From NCBI GenBank assembly GCA_039961715.1, contig JABRVW010000042.1, positions 1,025 to 65,024 of the forward strand: a DNA stretch of 64,000 bases, read 5' to 3'. Of this stretch, positions 9,468 through 20,404 are shown piece by piece. The notes under the pieces are model-generated. The model was not told the DNA's origin and did not search any database. It saw nothing but the letters and a program-made list of their open reading frames with translations. A program made the position numbers and the translations under genes. Origin of the DNA: Ignavibacterium sp. Lineage in GTDB: Bacteria > Bacteroidota > Ignavibacteria > UBA10030. Every line of letters starts with the position of its first letter. Position 1 is the stretch's first letter.

Positions 9468-10256
9468 TCATTTATTCAGCAGGCGGAAGGTTCCCTTGTC
9501 GGTGCGCAGGCGCAGGGTTGGCCCGCCTCCATTCACCTCGCCGGAGTATTCCGAGCGCTTGCGCGACCAGCGATTGGAGGTTGAAGTAAACGCGAAATCG
9601 GAATCAAAATCCCCCTTGCGGCCAAGATCCGCATCGAGCCTGAAACCCGCGGAGCCGGGCAGAATGACATCAATGTCTCCCTTGTAGGTTTCAAACGAGC
9701 TTGCCGCGTTCATCACCGCAAACTCCACACGGACATTCCCTTTGTAGGTCTCGAGGTCCATTCCGCCCCCCAGCCCCCGTGCCTCAACCGTGCCCTTGTA
9801 TGTTTCCACTTCCGCCCCGGCTTTCAGGCCTTTGAGCGATATGTCAGACTTGTAATCCTTAATCCGAAGACGCGCAGTCGCAGGCATGCGGATGGTGTAG
9901 TGGACAAACGGGAGTGAGCCGGTGGACCCGTCAAAGATCCCCCAGAATCCACTGTTTCTCCGTCGAAGGCCGTCATAATCGGTCTTGATCCGTACCTCAT
10001 ACGGCGAGTCCGAGACTCTGATCTCCGTATCACGCACATTCTCTTCCGAATAACGATCCCACTCATCGGCCTCGATTCTGGCCACAATCTCCACTTCTTT
10101 TCTCTCCCAGACATCCACGGAGACCGAGCCTTTGTACGTGTCGACAAACACCCCGCCATCCTCGTTGATCGGAACCGTCTTGCGAATCTCGCGCGTATCC
10201 TGGGCGTGAACAACGGCTCCCGCAAGCAAAAGTCCAGTGAGTAGTTTGGTGATCAT
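9468..10256 (-). CDS. DUF4097-like beta-strand-repeat protein (putative adhesin fold), secreted
   Basis: Signal peptide plus repeated ...TYKG.V.V... strands. PspC followed by DUF4097 is a recurrent gene pair. Confidence 0.6.
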   Translation of the reverse strand: MITKLLTGLLLAGAVVHAQDTREIRKTVPINEDGGVFVDTYKGSVSVDVWERKEVEIVARIEADEWDRYSEENVRDTEIRVSDSPYEVRIKTDYDGLRRRNSGFWGIFDGSTGSLPFVHYTIRMPATARLRIKDYKSDISLKGLKAGAEVETYKGTVEARGLGGGMDLETYKGNVRVEFAVMNAASSFETYKGDIDVILPGSAGFRLDADLGRKGDFDSDFAFTSTSNRWSRKRSEYSGEVNGGGPTLRLRTDKGTFRLLNK

Positions 10257-10332
10257 TGGGTCCTCCTCAGTGCGTTTTCCCTTACGCTATACGAGGTTAG
10301 GACTTCTCTGGTTGCAAGAAAAGTTACCCGCT

Positions 10333-10755
10333 TCAGTCAGAAGGAGGACGTCTCAGGCGCTTCGTTTCAGAGCGTTTGCGCTTGGCATCCAGACGCTTTT
10401 GACGGGCTGCGGGAGGAATGCTCGAGGGTTTTCTTTTCTTTGCCGGCTGGAGGGCACTCCTAAGAAGCAGTGCCAGGCGGTCCAGGACAGCCTGCTTGTT
10501 CTTCCACTGACTTCTCGATTCCTGCGAGACGACACGGAGAACGCCATTCCGGTCGATGCGATTTCCGAGCTTTTCAAGGATGAGGGAACGCTGGCCATCC
10601 GTCAGACTTTGCGAGAGGACGATGTTGAAGCGTACCTCCACGCGCGTTTCGAGCTTGTTGACGTTCTGGCCTCCCGGTCCGCCACTGCGCGACGTGACGA
10701 ATTCCAGCTCATTCAGAGGGATGGTCAGTCCGGGCCTGACGACCAGACTGTTCAT
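10333..10755 (-). CDS. arfB: Alternative ribosome-rescue factor ArfB (peptidyl-tRNA hydrolase, class-I RF domain)
   Basis: GGPGGQNVNK (GGQ motif) and a basic C-terminal tail. The internal ATG at 10755 gives 140 aa, the normal ArfB size. Confidence 0.85.
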   Translation of the reverse strand: MNSLVVRPGLTIPLNELEFVTSRSGGPGGQNVNKLETRVEVRFNIVLSQSLTDGQRSLILEKLGNRIDRNGVLRVVSQESRSQWKNKQAVLDRLALLLRSALQPAKKRKPSSIPPAARQKRLDAKRKRSETKRLRRPPSD

Positions 10756-10841
10756 GGGGACATTTTCCAATGTTGTGGAGACCAGAAGGTACGGATTTGG
10801 TGAGAAGAAAGGAAAGATTGGAGCACCGGGAGCAACGGGAA

Positions 10842-11711
10842 TCACGGGGAAGAGAGAGTTCCGCGGAAGTATTTCACTTTTTTTACCGTCCTGGCGCGCC
10901 CGAAGAATATCCCCACCCCGTCGCCAATGACGTTCCATTCAGGGACAAGTATTTTGGTCGGAAGAAAAATATCATCCGGCTGTCGTTCCAGCCCTCCGCT
11001 TGCAAGATATTTGAAGAATGCCGGCTCATGGGCAACGAGGAGAAAATCGGTCGAATCCTCCACCAAAGTCCCCTTGAGGTACACAGAAAACGTGGTGGTG
11101 ACCACGGTTTGCTCCGTAGCCAAAGCCTGGAAGAGATCCTGGCCAAGAGAGACATCGTCCCGGTATCGATAGAAATCAGAAGATGAGGAGTATCCTATTG
11201 ACGCACGAGCTTCAAAGAATGCTGAGATATGAACAATTCCGTTACCGTATTCCCCCGGTCCATCGACGCTCACCTGAATGCTGTCGATCACAGGCAGGGG
11301 TGGTATGGTCGCCTTTCCCGACGCGGTTAGTGTCTTCCAACGGACAACGATCTCATATTCCCGTTCAGATTCGATGATGAGAGAATCTGCCGCATACAAT
11401 CCCACCTGATATCCCACCGGGAAGAACGATGAATCCAGCACGGGCCCCCGGTATCTGAGAGGATGAAGGTCATTTCCACGCCTGATGTACGCCACCGCGT
11501 CTGTGATGGCCGCCTTTTCCTGACTATAGGATTCACTGATAGGCAACGTCCTGCCGATGTAGATGTCGTCAACGGGTTTTCCCGGCTCGAGAATCCCCCG
11601 GATTACCAATCGCTCCTCGAATGGCAGATCCACCGGATCGACGGCTTTGAAACATCCGGCAGAAACAGCGAGGAAAATGCAAACTATGACGCAACCATGG
11701 GATCGTTTCAT
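10842..11711 (-). CDS. DUF4249-family lipoprotein (second copy)
   Basis: Lipobox FLAVSAGC. It lies 5 nt downstream of the second TonB-dependent receptor, with the same architecture as 2856-3842. Confidence 0.7.
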   Translation of the reverse strand: MKRSHGCVIVCIFLAVSAGCFKAVDPVDLPFEERLVIRGILEPGKPVDDIYIGRTLPISESYSQEKAAITDAVAYIRRGNDLHPLRYRGPVLDSSFFPVGYQVGLYAADSLIIESEREYEIVVRWKTLTASGKATIPPLPVIDSIQVSVDGPGEYGNGIVHISAFFEARASIGYSSSSDFYRYRDDVSLGQDLFQALATEQTVVTTTFSVYLKGTLVEDSTDFLLVAHEPAFFKYLASGGLERQPDDIFLPTKILVPEWNVIGDGVGIFFGRARTVKKVKYFRGTLSSP

Positions 11712-11716
11712 GGCTG

Positions 11717-14044
11717 CTAGAACCTCACGCTCAAACCGAAGGTAGGGAGGAAGGGGAACAGGGTGAATTCCTGGACTCTGGGTTCCCAGGTCACCTCGCC
11801 CGTCCCGGTGTCATAACTGCTTCTGAATTCGATGATCTGTGTGAAGGGGTTGGGGCTTGCGTAAGCGTTGTAGATGTTGATCGAGAACTCGGCGGGTAAG
11901 CCGAACAGGGAGAACTTCCGGATGAAGGTAAGGTCGAGTTTGTGGAATGCAGACAACCTGTAGTTATTGCGTTCGTTATAGAGCAGTTGTGGTCGACTCC
12001 CCCGACCCCAGCCAAACTGGCCTGAGGGAACAGTGTAGGGTTGTCCCGACGCAAAGATCCAGGTCGCTCCGAATTCCCATCCTTTGCTCAGCCGGTATGT
12101 GAGGGCGGTTGCGAAATCGTGAAGACGATCATGACGAGGTGGAAACGCCCTCCCGCTGTTCACGCCAGGGAAACGGCGTGAAGTCTTCGAAAGAGTATAT
12201 CCAATCCATCCGGTGAGCGATCCCGTCTGTTTTTCGAGGTATAATTCCAAACCAAAGGACTCCCCCCTGCCTTTGGCGAGCAATGACTCAAATTCCAAGA
12301 TGTCGCTAACTTCCACGCCATTTTTGAACTCGTAGATGTTGTGTATTCTCCGGTAATAGGCTTCTGCGCGGAAGACATAATCCCGCTCCCAAGGCCTCCC
12401 TTCGATCCCAATGACAACATTATCCGACCTCCCCGGTCTTACCACCGATGTGGCGGGAAACCAAATATCCGAGGGAAGCGGGACCTCAAACTTGCTGACC
12501 TGCTGGAGAAACTGGTAAGCCCTGGAATACCCGGCATTGACCTTAAAATCCTTCGTAACGGCGTATGATGCCAGGATCCTTGGCTCGCCGCGCAGAAATC
12601 CTCCGTTTTGAAAGGAAGCAAACCGCACACCGACATTCGCGGAGAGCCGTTCCGAGATCGCCCATTCGTCTAGAACAAATCCTGCGACCTCCCTTGGCCG
12701 AAACGTCCTCACCGGAGGTTCATGGTTACCACGCGGCCCCTCCAGGAAATCAACATAGGAAGCTTCTATGGAATGAAAGGTCATCTCAACCCCTCCTTTC
12801 ATCCGGTGATCTGCGTCGGGGATGTACTCGGCATCGCACCGCAGTATGAAATCACTCAGGACGGATGTTGATTTGAACCCTCTCAGAGGATGGCCATCCG
12901 ACAAGTCCATAAGAAACCGATACCTCGAATGGGTGATTGAAGTGTTGAGAAATAGCGCAGGCGACGCGATGTGGGTCCAACGCACGGTTCCTCCGGAATT
13001 TCCCCAGAATATCTCGAAATTACGGAACGAATCAGACGGTTCGCCGAGGACATCCCTCCCGAAATATCCGCTTACCGTGATCGTGTTCGACGGGGAAATT
13101 CGATGCTGGACTTTGAGGTTCAGATCATAGAAATAGTACGTGGGCACATCGGCGGGATTGAAAAAGAGCGACAGGACGAGGTCGAGGTAGACTCTTCTGC
13201 CCGCGAGCATGAAGCGACCGTCCTCCCCGAGGGGGCCTTCGAGGAACAACCGGGAATTAATCAAGCTGATGCCGGCTCCACCCCCGATCTTCTCCTGAGA
13301 ACCGTCCTTGGAAGTCAAATCGACAACCCCGGACATCCTTCCGCCGTAATCGGCGGGAACGACGGCTTTCATCACCCTGACATCTTTCAGCGATTCTCCA
13401 TGAAACGCGCTCATGAACCCGCCCAAATGAAACGGATTGTGAATTGCCACGCCGTCGAGCAGTGTGAGATTCTGGTCAGGCGATCCCCCGCGGATGTAGA
13501 GTCCGCTTGAAACTTCAGAGACCGTTTTCACTCCGGGAAGAAGTTGAATTGACCGGAAGACGTCGGGTTCACCGCCAAGGGCCGGCATTTGTCTGATAAA
13601 CTCGGGACGGAGGGTTAATCGGCTGATGGAACGTGTCGGCAAGGGATCGACGGCCGACTGCACGACAATCTCCTGGAGTCGTATGTCGATTTGCCTGAGC
13701 TCGATATCAACTCTCGCCATTCGTGCCGATGAACCCAGCCGGAGCGTGTCGTAAGCGGTTTCATAGCCGACACCCGAGGTGCGAAGGACATAGACACCCG
13801 GAGTGAGACCTGTCAGCGAGTAGACGCCCCAGCGGTTGGTTGCGGTGCCCCGTTCAAACGCGCCGGAGACGGAATCCCTGTAGGCCAGCACGTGAAAACC
13901 GGCCAGGGCCTCACCGCTTCCTGCCTCCACAACTTCTCCTGTCACAGTGATTGTAGAAGGCTGGGAAAAGGCAGGAATCCAGAAGAGAACAGCCGCACAA
14001 CCAAACGCGGCCAGGACGGCAGAAGGATTGTGTAAAACCCTCAT
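11717..14044 (-). CDS. TonB-dependent receptor with carboxypeptidase-regulatory-like domain (second copy)
   Basis: Signal peptide, VTGEVVEAGSGEALAGFHVLAY...GVYSLTGLTPGVYVL, a plug, and a barrel ending ...GLSVRF. Confidence 0.9.
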   Translation of the reverse strand: MRVLHNPSAVLAAFGCAAVLFWIPAFSQPSTITVTGEVVEAGSGEALAGFHVLAYRDSVSGAFERGTATNRWGVYSLTGLTPGVYVLRTSGVGYETAYDTLRLGSSARMARVDIELRQIDIRLQEIVVQSAVDPLPTRSISRLTLRPEFIRQMPALGGEPDVFRSIQLLPGVKTVSEVSSGLYIRGGSPDQNLTLLDGVAIHNPFHLGGFMSAFHGESLKDVRVMKAVVPADYGGRMSGVVDLTSKDGSQEKIGGGAGISLINSRLFLEGPLGEDGRFMLAGRRVYLDLVLSLFFNPADVPTYYFYDLNLKVQHRISPSNTITVSGYFGRDVLGEPSDSFRNFEIFWGNSGGTVRWTHIASPALFLNTSITHSRYRFLMDLSDGHPLRGFKSTSVLSDFILRCDAEYIPDADHRMKGGVEMTFHSIEASYVDFLEGPRGNHEPPVRTFRPREVAGFVLDEWAISERLSANVGVRFASFQNGGFLRGEPRILASYAVTKDFKVNAGYSRAYQFLQQVSKFEVPLPSDIWFPATSVVRPGRSDNVVIGIEGRPWERDYVFRAEAYYRRIHNIYEFKNGVEVSDILEFESLLAKGRGESFGLELYLEKQTGSLTGWIGYTLSKTSRRFPGVNSGRAFPPRHDRLHDFATALTYRLSKGWEFGATWIFASGQPYTVPSGQFGWGRGSRPQLLYNERNNYRLSAFHKLDLTFIRKFSLFGLPAEFSINIYNAYASPNPFTQIIEFRSSYDTGTGEVTWEPRVQEFTLFPFLPTFGLSVRF

Positions 14045-14132
14045 TGAACCCCCGGGGAGATGCGTGTTTTACCTGTGAAACGCCTTGGCGAAAAGACTAA
14101 GGATTTTTCCTGTCCTTGTCAAGCACGTTGGA

Positions 14133-15830
14133 TTATTGGCCTCTTGGGAAGCGTGACAAGACGATGCGGCTCAGGAGCGCCGGCGGCAGGGAGCCAGTGG
14201 TCAGAAGTGCTTCGGCAAATGCGCGGTCGCTGAAATTCGCTCCAAGGGCGTTCTTAAGCCGCTCGCGCAGGCGCTCAATCTCCAGCCAACCCACGATGTA
14301 ACTTGGCGCCTGGGTGGGCCAGGTGGTGTAGCGGTTGACCTCTGCTTCAGCGGCAGAGCGTTCGAGGCCGACCTCGTCGATGAAGAAACGAACGGCGTCG
14401 TCGTACGACATGGCTCCGGTGTGAAGGGAAGGATCGATAATAACGCGCGCTGTGCGCCACAGGCGCATCTGCAGCCAGGCCAGACTATCATCCGCATTCT
14501 CATAGAATCCTTCGCGGGCCATCCACGCCTCACAGTACAGCGCCCATCCCTCCCCGAAATACGAGCTTCCGAATCGTGACCGGACTCTGCTGGGATTTCT
14601 TCTGGCATACAACGACTGCAAATGATGGCCGGGATAACCCTCATGCAGCGCAATCACGGTAATCCATCCGTCATTCTGTGCGCGCAGTTTCTGTTCAATC
14701 TCTGCAGGACTCATCCCCGGAACAACGTCGGTCACAAAGAACCGCCCCTGCGGCACGCTGTCGCGCACTTCAATCCCTCCATATCCTCCCCAGGCATAGG
14801 TTTCACGCAGCGGCGGCGGCGTAGGCACAAACAGAAGCGTCTCCGGCTCCGGGATTGCCATCATCCTTTTGCTGACGATCAACGCCCTCGCACGGTCTGA
14901 TTCCCTCCGATAGGCCTCGGTGATCCGTCCAGCGGCGGGATGTCGATCCTTCATTTCTTCGGCAAGCTGTTTCCACGATTTGGCCGGATTGACACGTCGC
15001 GCCAGATCCTCCAGCGCAAGTTTTGTTTCGCGATGAACGCGCCATCCCTCGGCAATCAATTCTTGCGCGGTGTACGGAAGGAAATGCGCTTCCTTAAGAA
15101 GCCAGGAGTAGTGTTCTTCTCCGACCATCCACCCGTTTTCCGACGACCGGGGCAATGCCCCAAGAAAGGCGATATACTCGTTGAGGGACCAGGCAAGCCT
15201 GTCCGCGGCGTCCAGAAGCGGCGTCTTGAGCGAATCGGGCGCGGATTCCGTCACCCTGTCAGCGAATTCGCCGCAGAGGAACTCCATGTATCGTTCCGCT
15301 GTGGCCGACGCCAGCCGCACCCAGAGGGGAGGCGGGTCGAGGAGTTGCTCAATACCCAGATTCACGGCCGACGGCCCTTTGCGAAGCGTCGAAAGCATGT
15401 CAGACCATTCCGACGGGGCGGGTTCGCGACCGCCCGCGATCTGCCAGTATAATCCTCCGATCGTCAGATAGCGGCCCGGAACCCGCTGATGCTCCCGCAG
15501 TACAGTATCTCTGATGGCGCGTTGAAGTGATGCTTCGAGCAAAAGCCAGTCGATGCGTCTGTCAATATCGAGGAACGATGTGTCGATGGACCGAAGATCG
15601 GTGAGAGCTTTTGCGGCCCCGGCTACACGAACAGAATCCGCGCTCCGATGCAGGCGAGGAAACGGGCTGGCAGAGTCTTCCTCGACGGTGAGCCTGTACG
15701 ATCCATTGAAGTACGAATTGACAAAACGGTCGAACCGGTTGGCGGGGGCATCGTCACGGGTGGCCATCGGCGTGCAGGCGTGTGCCAGGAGGGCAAGGAA
15801 CAAGGCGGGAGCGATTGTTAGGCGCGTCAT
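14133..15830 (-). CDS. DUF885-family protein (putative metallopeptidase-like)
   Basis: ALHEGYPGHHLQ motif typical of DUF885. Signal peptide. Abuts the upstream aminopeptidase gene with no gap. Confidence 0.85.
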   Translation of the reverse strand: MTRLTIAPALFLALLAHACTPMATRDDAPANRFDRFVNSYFNGSYRLTVEEDSASPFPRLHRSADSVRVAGAAKALTDLRSIDTSFLDIDRRIDWLLLEASLQRAIRDTVLREHQRVPGRYLTIGGLYWQIAGGREPAPSEWSDMLSTLRKGPSAVNLGIEQLLDPPPLWVRLASATAERYMEFLCGEFADRVTESAPDSLKTPLLDAADRLAWSLNEYIAFLGALPRSSENGWMVGEEHYSWLLKEAHFLPYTAQELIAEGWRVHRETKLALEDLARRVNPAKSWKQLAEEMKDRHPAAGRITEAYRRESDRARALIVSKRMMAIPEPETLLFVPTPPPLRETYAWGGYGGIEVRDSVPQGRFFVTDVVPGMSPAEIEQKLRAQNDGWITVIALHEGYPGHHLQSLYARRNPSRVRSRFGSSYFGEGWALYCEAWMAREGFYENADDSLAWLQMRLWRTARVIIDPSLHTGAMSYDDAVRFFIDEVGLERSAAEAEVNRYTTWPTQAPSYIVGWLEIERLRERLKNALGANFSDRAFAEALLTTGSLPPALLSRIVLSRFPRGQ

Positions 15831-16790
15831 TCAGACAAGCAGTTTGCCATCTTTCATGATCATCCTGTCGTCGAACCACACGCTGGGTGACGTGATGAGT
15901 CCGTCCAGATGCGATTCGACCTTGACGGAACCGCCCATGGTAACGTTGTCGCCGAAGGCAACATGGACGGTGCCGAGAACCTTTTCGTCTTCGAGGATCA
16001 CGCCTGTGATCTTCGCGCGCTCATTGGTTCCGATTCCAAATTCGGCAAGATTGCGTGAGAGGGGTCCGTGGATTGCCAGCAGGTCGATGAGGCGCTTTGC
16101 GTCCGCCCCGCCAGTGATCTCGCGTGCGTAGCCATTCCGCACCATGATGTGCAGAGGCTCCACGAGAATCCCGATCCCTGCCATCGATCCGTCGATGACC
16201 ACAAGGCCGTTGGACTGTTCCTCCAGCGGCGCCACAAATGCCTCGCCTGTCGGCAGATTTCCTCCCTGTCCTTTGTGCCGGAACAGTCCGTGGCTGCGGA
16301 TGGCTTTGCGGCCCTCGATGGGCATGACGAGGTCGGTGCCCAGGGGAGAGGTGATACGAACTTTCTTGGTCTTCTCCAGCAGGTCACCAAGCTTGTTTGT
16401 CAGCTCACCGATCTTTTCGTAGTCTGCATTCATGCAACGCACCATCATGTCCTCGGTCACTCCCGGAAGCGTCGCCACCCGGACCCCCTTCGCCTGCGCG
16501 TTGCGTTTGGCGGTCGTATGGGTCATGGACTTGCTGGTCGGACACAGGACCACGTCCATGGTCATCATCAGCTCGGCCACTTCACGTGGCGGCTCTTCGC
16601 CGTGTGTCCTCCGCGGCGTAATCTCAATCAGAAATGCCTCCTTTGCGATCTCCCGTGCCACATGGAAGATCGCCTGTCCGATGATCCGGCATGGCTCATC
16701 GGTGATCACCGCAACGCGTTCGTCAGGATGCAGACCGAGGCAATCGACAAGGGCGATGCGGGAAGCGGAGAGGAGTTCGGGAGAAAACAT
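15831..16790 (-). CDS. Aminopeptidase, AmpS/M29-like
   Basis: Architecture of about 320 aa with ...GNLPTGEAFVAP...EFGIGTN...GTVHVAFGDN..., as in thermophilic metallo-aminopeptidase-like proteins. Confidence 0.7.
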   Translation of the reverse strand: MFSPELLSASRIALVDCLGLHPDERVAVITDEPCRIIGQAIFHVAREIAKEAFLIEITPRRTHGEEPPREVAELMMTMDVVLCPTSKSMTHTTAKRNAQAKGVRVATLPGVTEDMMVRCMNADYEKIGELTNKLGDLLEKTKKVRITSPLGTDLVMPIEGRKAIRSHGLFRHKGQGGNLPTGEAFVAPLEEQSNGLVVIDGSMAGIGILVEPLHIMVRNGYAREITGGADAKRLIDLLAIHGPLSRNLAEFGIGTNERAKITGVILEDEKVLGTVHVAFGDNVTMGGSVKVESHLDGLITSPSVWFDDRMIMKDGKLLV

Positions 16791-16837
16791 GAAAAAGTCC
16801 CGCTATCAATCGAACATGGACAATCGACAACCGACAA

Positions 16838-18163
16838 TTATCCTGTTTTTATGGTCTCTAAACCGTGCGCTTTTGGGCCCGTTTCCGCTTTCCAGAGCAG
16901 ATAGGAGAACAAGAGCCCAAACGCCCCAAGGCCTGTGAACACCCACATGCCCGCGGCATAGCCGCCCGGATTGTCGAGCCCCGCAGCAAAAGCGTCATTG
17001 AGCATTCCAATGATCCATGGAATCGCGGCCATCCCGAGTTGCTGGCACAGGGTCATCAGCGAGTACGCCGAACCCAGCCGCTTCTGCTCCACGATATACG
17101 CAACCGAAGGCCACATGATGGCAGGAATGAGGGAAAACACGATGCCCAGAAGCACCATTACGATCAGGAGGGTGAGCGGAAGCGCAAAGGTGCCGAAACC
17201 TGGCAGCCAGAGCGTGACCTCGTTTCCGGCGGGGACATAGGTAACGATGAGGAAGAGCGGAAGGAGAACCAGCGTGCCCACGGTCATGAAAAACGACCGC
17301 CGGCCGATCCTGTCAACCATGAGCCCGAACAGGGGCGTCGCAATCATGGCGGAGAGCGGAAGAAAACTGTTCAGGATTCCGCCCAGCTCCCGCGACGTCC
17401 CATGCGCTTCGATGAAGTACTTGATGGCGAAGGCACGGAACGGAAAGACTGTCGAATAGAAGACCACGCACAAGCCTACCACATACCAGAAGGAAGGGCT
17501 GAACCGGTAAAGACCTTTCAGTTCCAGTTTGTCCGTTTCTCCCTGATTTCCGAGGTTGTATTTCTTCTCAGCCCTGCTTTCCATGATCCAGTACAACACT
17601 CCGCCAACCACGCAGGAGCTTGTGATGCAGGTGGCAATCCAAAGCGGGTCCTGCCAGTTGGAAAATGCTCCCGCGGCCCAGCCGGGTGACCAGTCGGCGA
17701 CTGCGGAACCGAGGCGGGCGATCGTCAGATTGATCCCGAACGCGAAGCTGAGCTCCTTGCCCTTGAACCACTTTGCAAGGGCTGTGGTCACGGCGACGAT
17801 CAGCGGCTCAGCTCCCAGGCCCAGCATGAAGCGGCCCGTGAGCATCACCCACAGCATCGGCGACAAAGCGGTCACAGCCGCGGCGGCGAGGCAAATCGCC
17901 CCAAACACGAAGATCGATTTCTTCGTTCCGAACCTATCGATGACATAGCCGCCGATCAGCAGGACGATCACTGCTGCGATGCTGTACACTGTGTACAGGA
18001 GGCCGAGATCTTCGTCAGAATAGTTCAGCTGCTCCTTCAGCAGATCGAACACGGGCGCAATGGAATCATAGGCATAGTAGTTGCCGAACATTGCGAAGCT
18101 GAGGAAGACGAGGACGATCCAGCGATACAGCCGCGAGGGTGCCGGGCCTGACTGTGGTTCCAT
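16838..18163 (-). CDS. MFS transporter
   Basis: Twelve predicted hydrophobic helices and a GxxxDRxGRR-like loop (MVDRIGRRS). I prefer the ATG at 18163; the track start at 18217 is a TTG. Confidence 0.8.
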   Translation of the reverse strand: MEPQSGPAPSRLYRWIVLVFLSFAMFGNYYAYDSIAPVFDLLKEQLNYSDEDLGLLYTVYSIAAVIVLLIGGYVIDRFGTKKSIFVFGAICLAAAAVTALSPMLWVMLTGRFMLGLGAEPLIVAVTTALAKWFKGKELSFAFGINLTIARLGSAVADWSPGWAAGAFSNWQDPLWIATCITSSCVVGGVLYWIMESRAEKKYNLGNQGETDKLELKGLYRFSPSFWYVVGLCVVFYSTVFPFRAFAIKYFIEAHGTSRELGGILNSFLPLSAMIATPLFGLMVDRIGRRSFFMTVGTLVLLPLFLIVTYVPAGNEVTLWLPGFGTFALPLTLLIVMVLLGIVFSLIPAIMWPSVAYIVEQKRLGSAYSLMTLCQQLGMAAIPWIIGMLNDAFAAGLDNPGGYAAGMWVFTGLGAFGLLFSYLLWKAETGPKAHGLETIKTG

Positions 18164-18250
18164 GGGAAGGGTCCTGAGAAGAACAACACAGCCACGGGGC
18201 GCCGCCGTCGCGAACAATGACGGGGGCGCGTCCGCGGCCGTTGTGATGAA

Positions 18251-20380
18251 TTACTTCGTGTCGATGCGTTTCTTTGCGTAATAGAACAATGACGCTGCGA
18301 GGAACAGGAACATGAACACGGAGAAGATATGGGATCCGGTGAGCGATCCGAGCACCGAAGGGCCGAGCTCAAAAGCACCTTCGGCAAGGACGCCCGATTG
18401 CTCCAGGAGGGCAATGCCGATGGCTGCGAGCCCGAAGATCCCTCCACCCGCGATCAATCCGCTCGCATAGAGCGAACCGGAGCTCACCTCGCCTTCGCCG
18501 TGCTCCCCGCCCTTCCCCTCAGCCATCCATCGGACGATGCCTCCACAGAAGATCGCCAGCGTGGTGCCAATGGAAAGATACGAGCCGACCGCGAACGCAA
18601 GTGAGCGGACGCCGAGGAGTTCAACGGCCACGACCAGAAACACGCCCAGCAGAACCAAGCCCCAGGGGAGCTGTTGGTTCAGAATCCCGTTGATCACCGT
18701 CGCCATGAGTCGTGCCTGCGGTGCCGCGGCGCGCTCAGAACCGATGCCTTGAATCCACTGGATTTCAATCTGGCCGCTTACGGGATTATAGAGAAACTTG
18801 CCGTCGGGGATCGTACGAGACCCGATCGCATTGATCAGATAATAATTGGTTCCTTCGTATTCGAATTCGCGGGATTCGATCTGAACTCCTTGCGGGGGAG
18901 CCGCGGGGTCGAACGCGATTTGCGTGGGTCGGTACTCTGCAAGGCCTTCGTTCATCATGATGAGGGTCAGCCCGATGACGAACACCGAGGCCATGACACC
19001 CACCATCAGACCAAGCTGCTGCTTGTAGGGTGTAGCGCCCACGAGGAAGCCGGTCTTCAGGTCCTGCGATGTCGCACCGGCGTTGGCGGCTGCGACACAG
19101 ACAACGCCACCGATCGTGATCGCCAGAGCGCTGTATGCGCCACCGGTCCATCCTGCAATGAGGAACAGCGCACAGGTAGCCATCAGCGTGGCGATGGTCA
19201 TGCCTGAGACCGGATTGGCTGATGACCCGATCAATCCGACAATACGCGACGACACGGTGACAAAAAGGAATCCGAACACGACAACGAGCAGGGCGGAAAG
19301 CAGATTTGCCACAAGGCCCGTGTCCGCGCCGGGAATGGGTGCAAAGGTCAGGAGGCCCCAGATCACGAGGACCAGGGCGACCGAGCCGATCATGACGATG
19401 TTCATCGGCAGGTCGTTCTCGGTCCGCGTCTTGGTCTGGGCCGTGGCGACTTTCCCGGCCGAGAGGTCCTTCACACCGGCCTTGAAGGCATTGATGATGG
19501 TGGGCATGGTTCGCATGAGCGTGATGAGGCCCGCGGCAGCGACCGCACCTGCGCCCATGGGTCTGATGTAGCTGGCCCAGATCTGATTCGGCTCCATATC
19601 CGCTATGGGGATGGTGCCGGGATACAACGGCTCTGGAAGCATGCCTCCAAAGAACTTGATGGCTGGGATCATCAGAAGCCAGGAGAACACGCCCCCGGCG
19701 AAGATCGTGCCAGCCACCTTGGGACCGATGATATAGCCGACGCCGAGGTATTCGGGAGTGACCTCTGCTTTCACCGAAGCGCCCGTGAACCACGACGGCC
19801 GGTATTCCGGCGTGGTGTGCCAGAATTTCATGGCGTGCATCAGGAACGCGTACAAGCCGCCGATACCCAGACCGGCAAATACGCGTCCGGCAAACGATCC
19901 GCCCTTTTCGCCTGCCACCAAGACGTCCGCGCAGGCCGTGCCTTCGGGATATGTGAGGTTGCCGTGTTCCTTGACGATCAGCTGACGGCGCAGGGGGATC
20001 ATGAACAGGATGCCCAGCCATCCGCCAATGAGGGCCAGCAGGAAGATCCGCGTGTACTCAAGGGGGAAACCGAGGAAGATCAGCGCAGGGAGCGTGAAAA
20101 TCACGCCGGCCGCGACCGATTCGCCGGCCGACCCGGTGGTTTGAACGATATTATTCTCCAGGATCGTCCCGCGGCCGAAGATGCGCAGGAGACTGATGGA
20201 CAGCACGGCGATCGGAATCGATGCAGACACGGTGAGCCCGGCCCGGAGGCCCAAGTACACGGTGACCGCGCCGAACAAGATCCCGAACAGGGCCCCCAGA
20301 ACAAGAGCCTTGACGGAAAATTCCGGAATTTCCTGGGACGCAGGAACGAACGGCTGGAAAGTGGAATTGGAATCAGCCAT
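18251..20380 (-). CDS. OPT-family oligopeptide transporter
   Basis: 709 aa, polytopic. The N-terminus ..EFSVKALVLGALFGILFGAVTVYLGLRAGLTVSASIPIAV is typical of bacterial OPT proteins. GGGAG lies 5 nt upstream of the ATG. Confidence 0.88.
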   Translation of the reverse strand: MADSNSTFQPFVPASQEIPEFSVKALVLGALFGILFGAVTVYLGLRAGLTVSASIPIAVLSISLLRIFGRGTILENNIVQTTGSAGESVAAGVIFTLPALIFLGFPLEYTRIFLLALIGGWLGILFMIPLRRQLIVKEHGNLTYPEGTACADVLVAGEKGGSFAGRVFAGLGIGGLYAFLMHAMKFWHTTPEYRPSWFTGASVKAEVTPEYLGVGYIIGPKVAGTIFAGGVFSWLLMIPAIKFFGGMLPEPLYPGTIPIADMEPNQIWASYIRPMGAGAVAAAGLITLMRTMPTIINAFKAGVKDLSAGKVATAQTKTRTENDLPMNIVMIGSVALVLVIWGLLTFAPIPGADTGLVANLLSALLVVVFGFLFVTVSSRIVGLIGSSANPVSGMTIATLMATCALFLIAGWTGGAYSALAITIGGVVCVAAANAGATSQDLKTGFLVGATPYKQQLGLMVGVMASVFVIGLTLIMMNEGLAEYRPTQIAFDPAAPPQGVQIESREFEYEGTNYYLINAIGSRTIPDGKFLYNPVSGQIEIQWIQGIGSERAAAPQARLMATVINGILNQQLPWGLVLLGVFLVVAVELLGVRSLAFAVGSYLSIGTTLAIFCGGIVRWMAEGKGGEHGEGEVSSGSLYASGLIAGGGIFGLAAIGIALLEQSGVLAEGAFELGPSVLGSLTGSHIFSVFMFLFLAASLFYYAKKRIDTK

Positions 20381-20404
20381 GGGTTCTCCCGAGTTGTGGT
20401 GGGA

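Noticed and set aside
18786-20021. 411-aa alternative-frame ORF inside the OPT transporter gene (and similar long ORFs such as 19817..20761, 43630..44550, 55977..57392, 60166..61704)
   Set aside because: These are Arg/Gly/Pro/His-rich translations typical of off-frame reading of GC-rich genes. Each overlaps a gene with strong family motifs.
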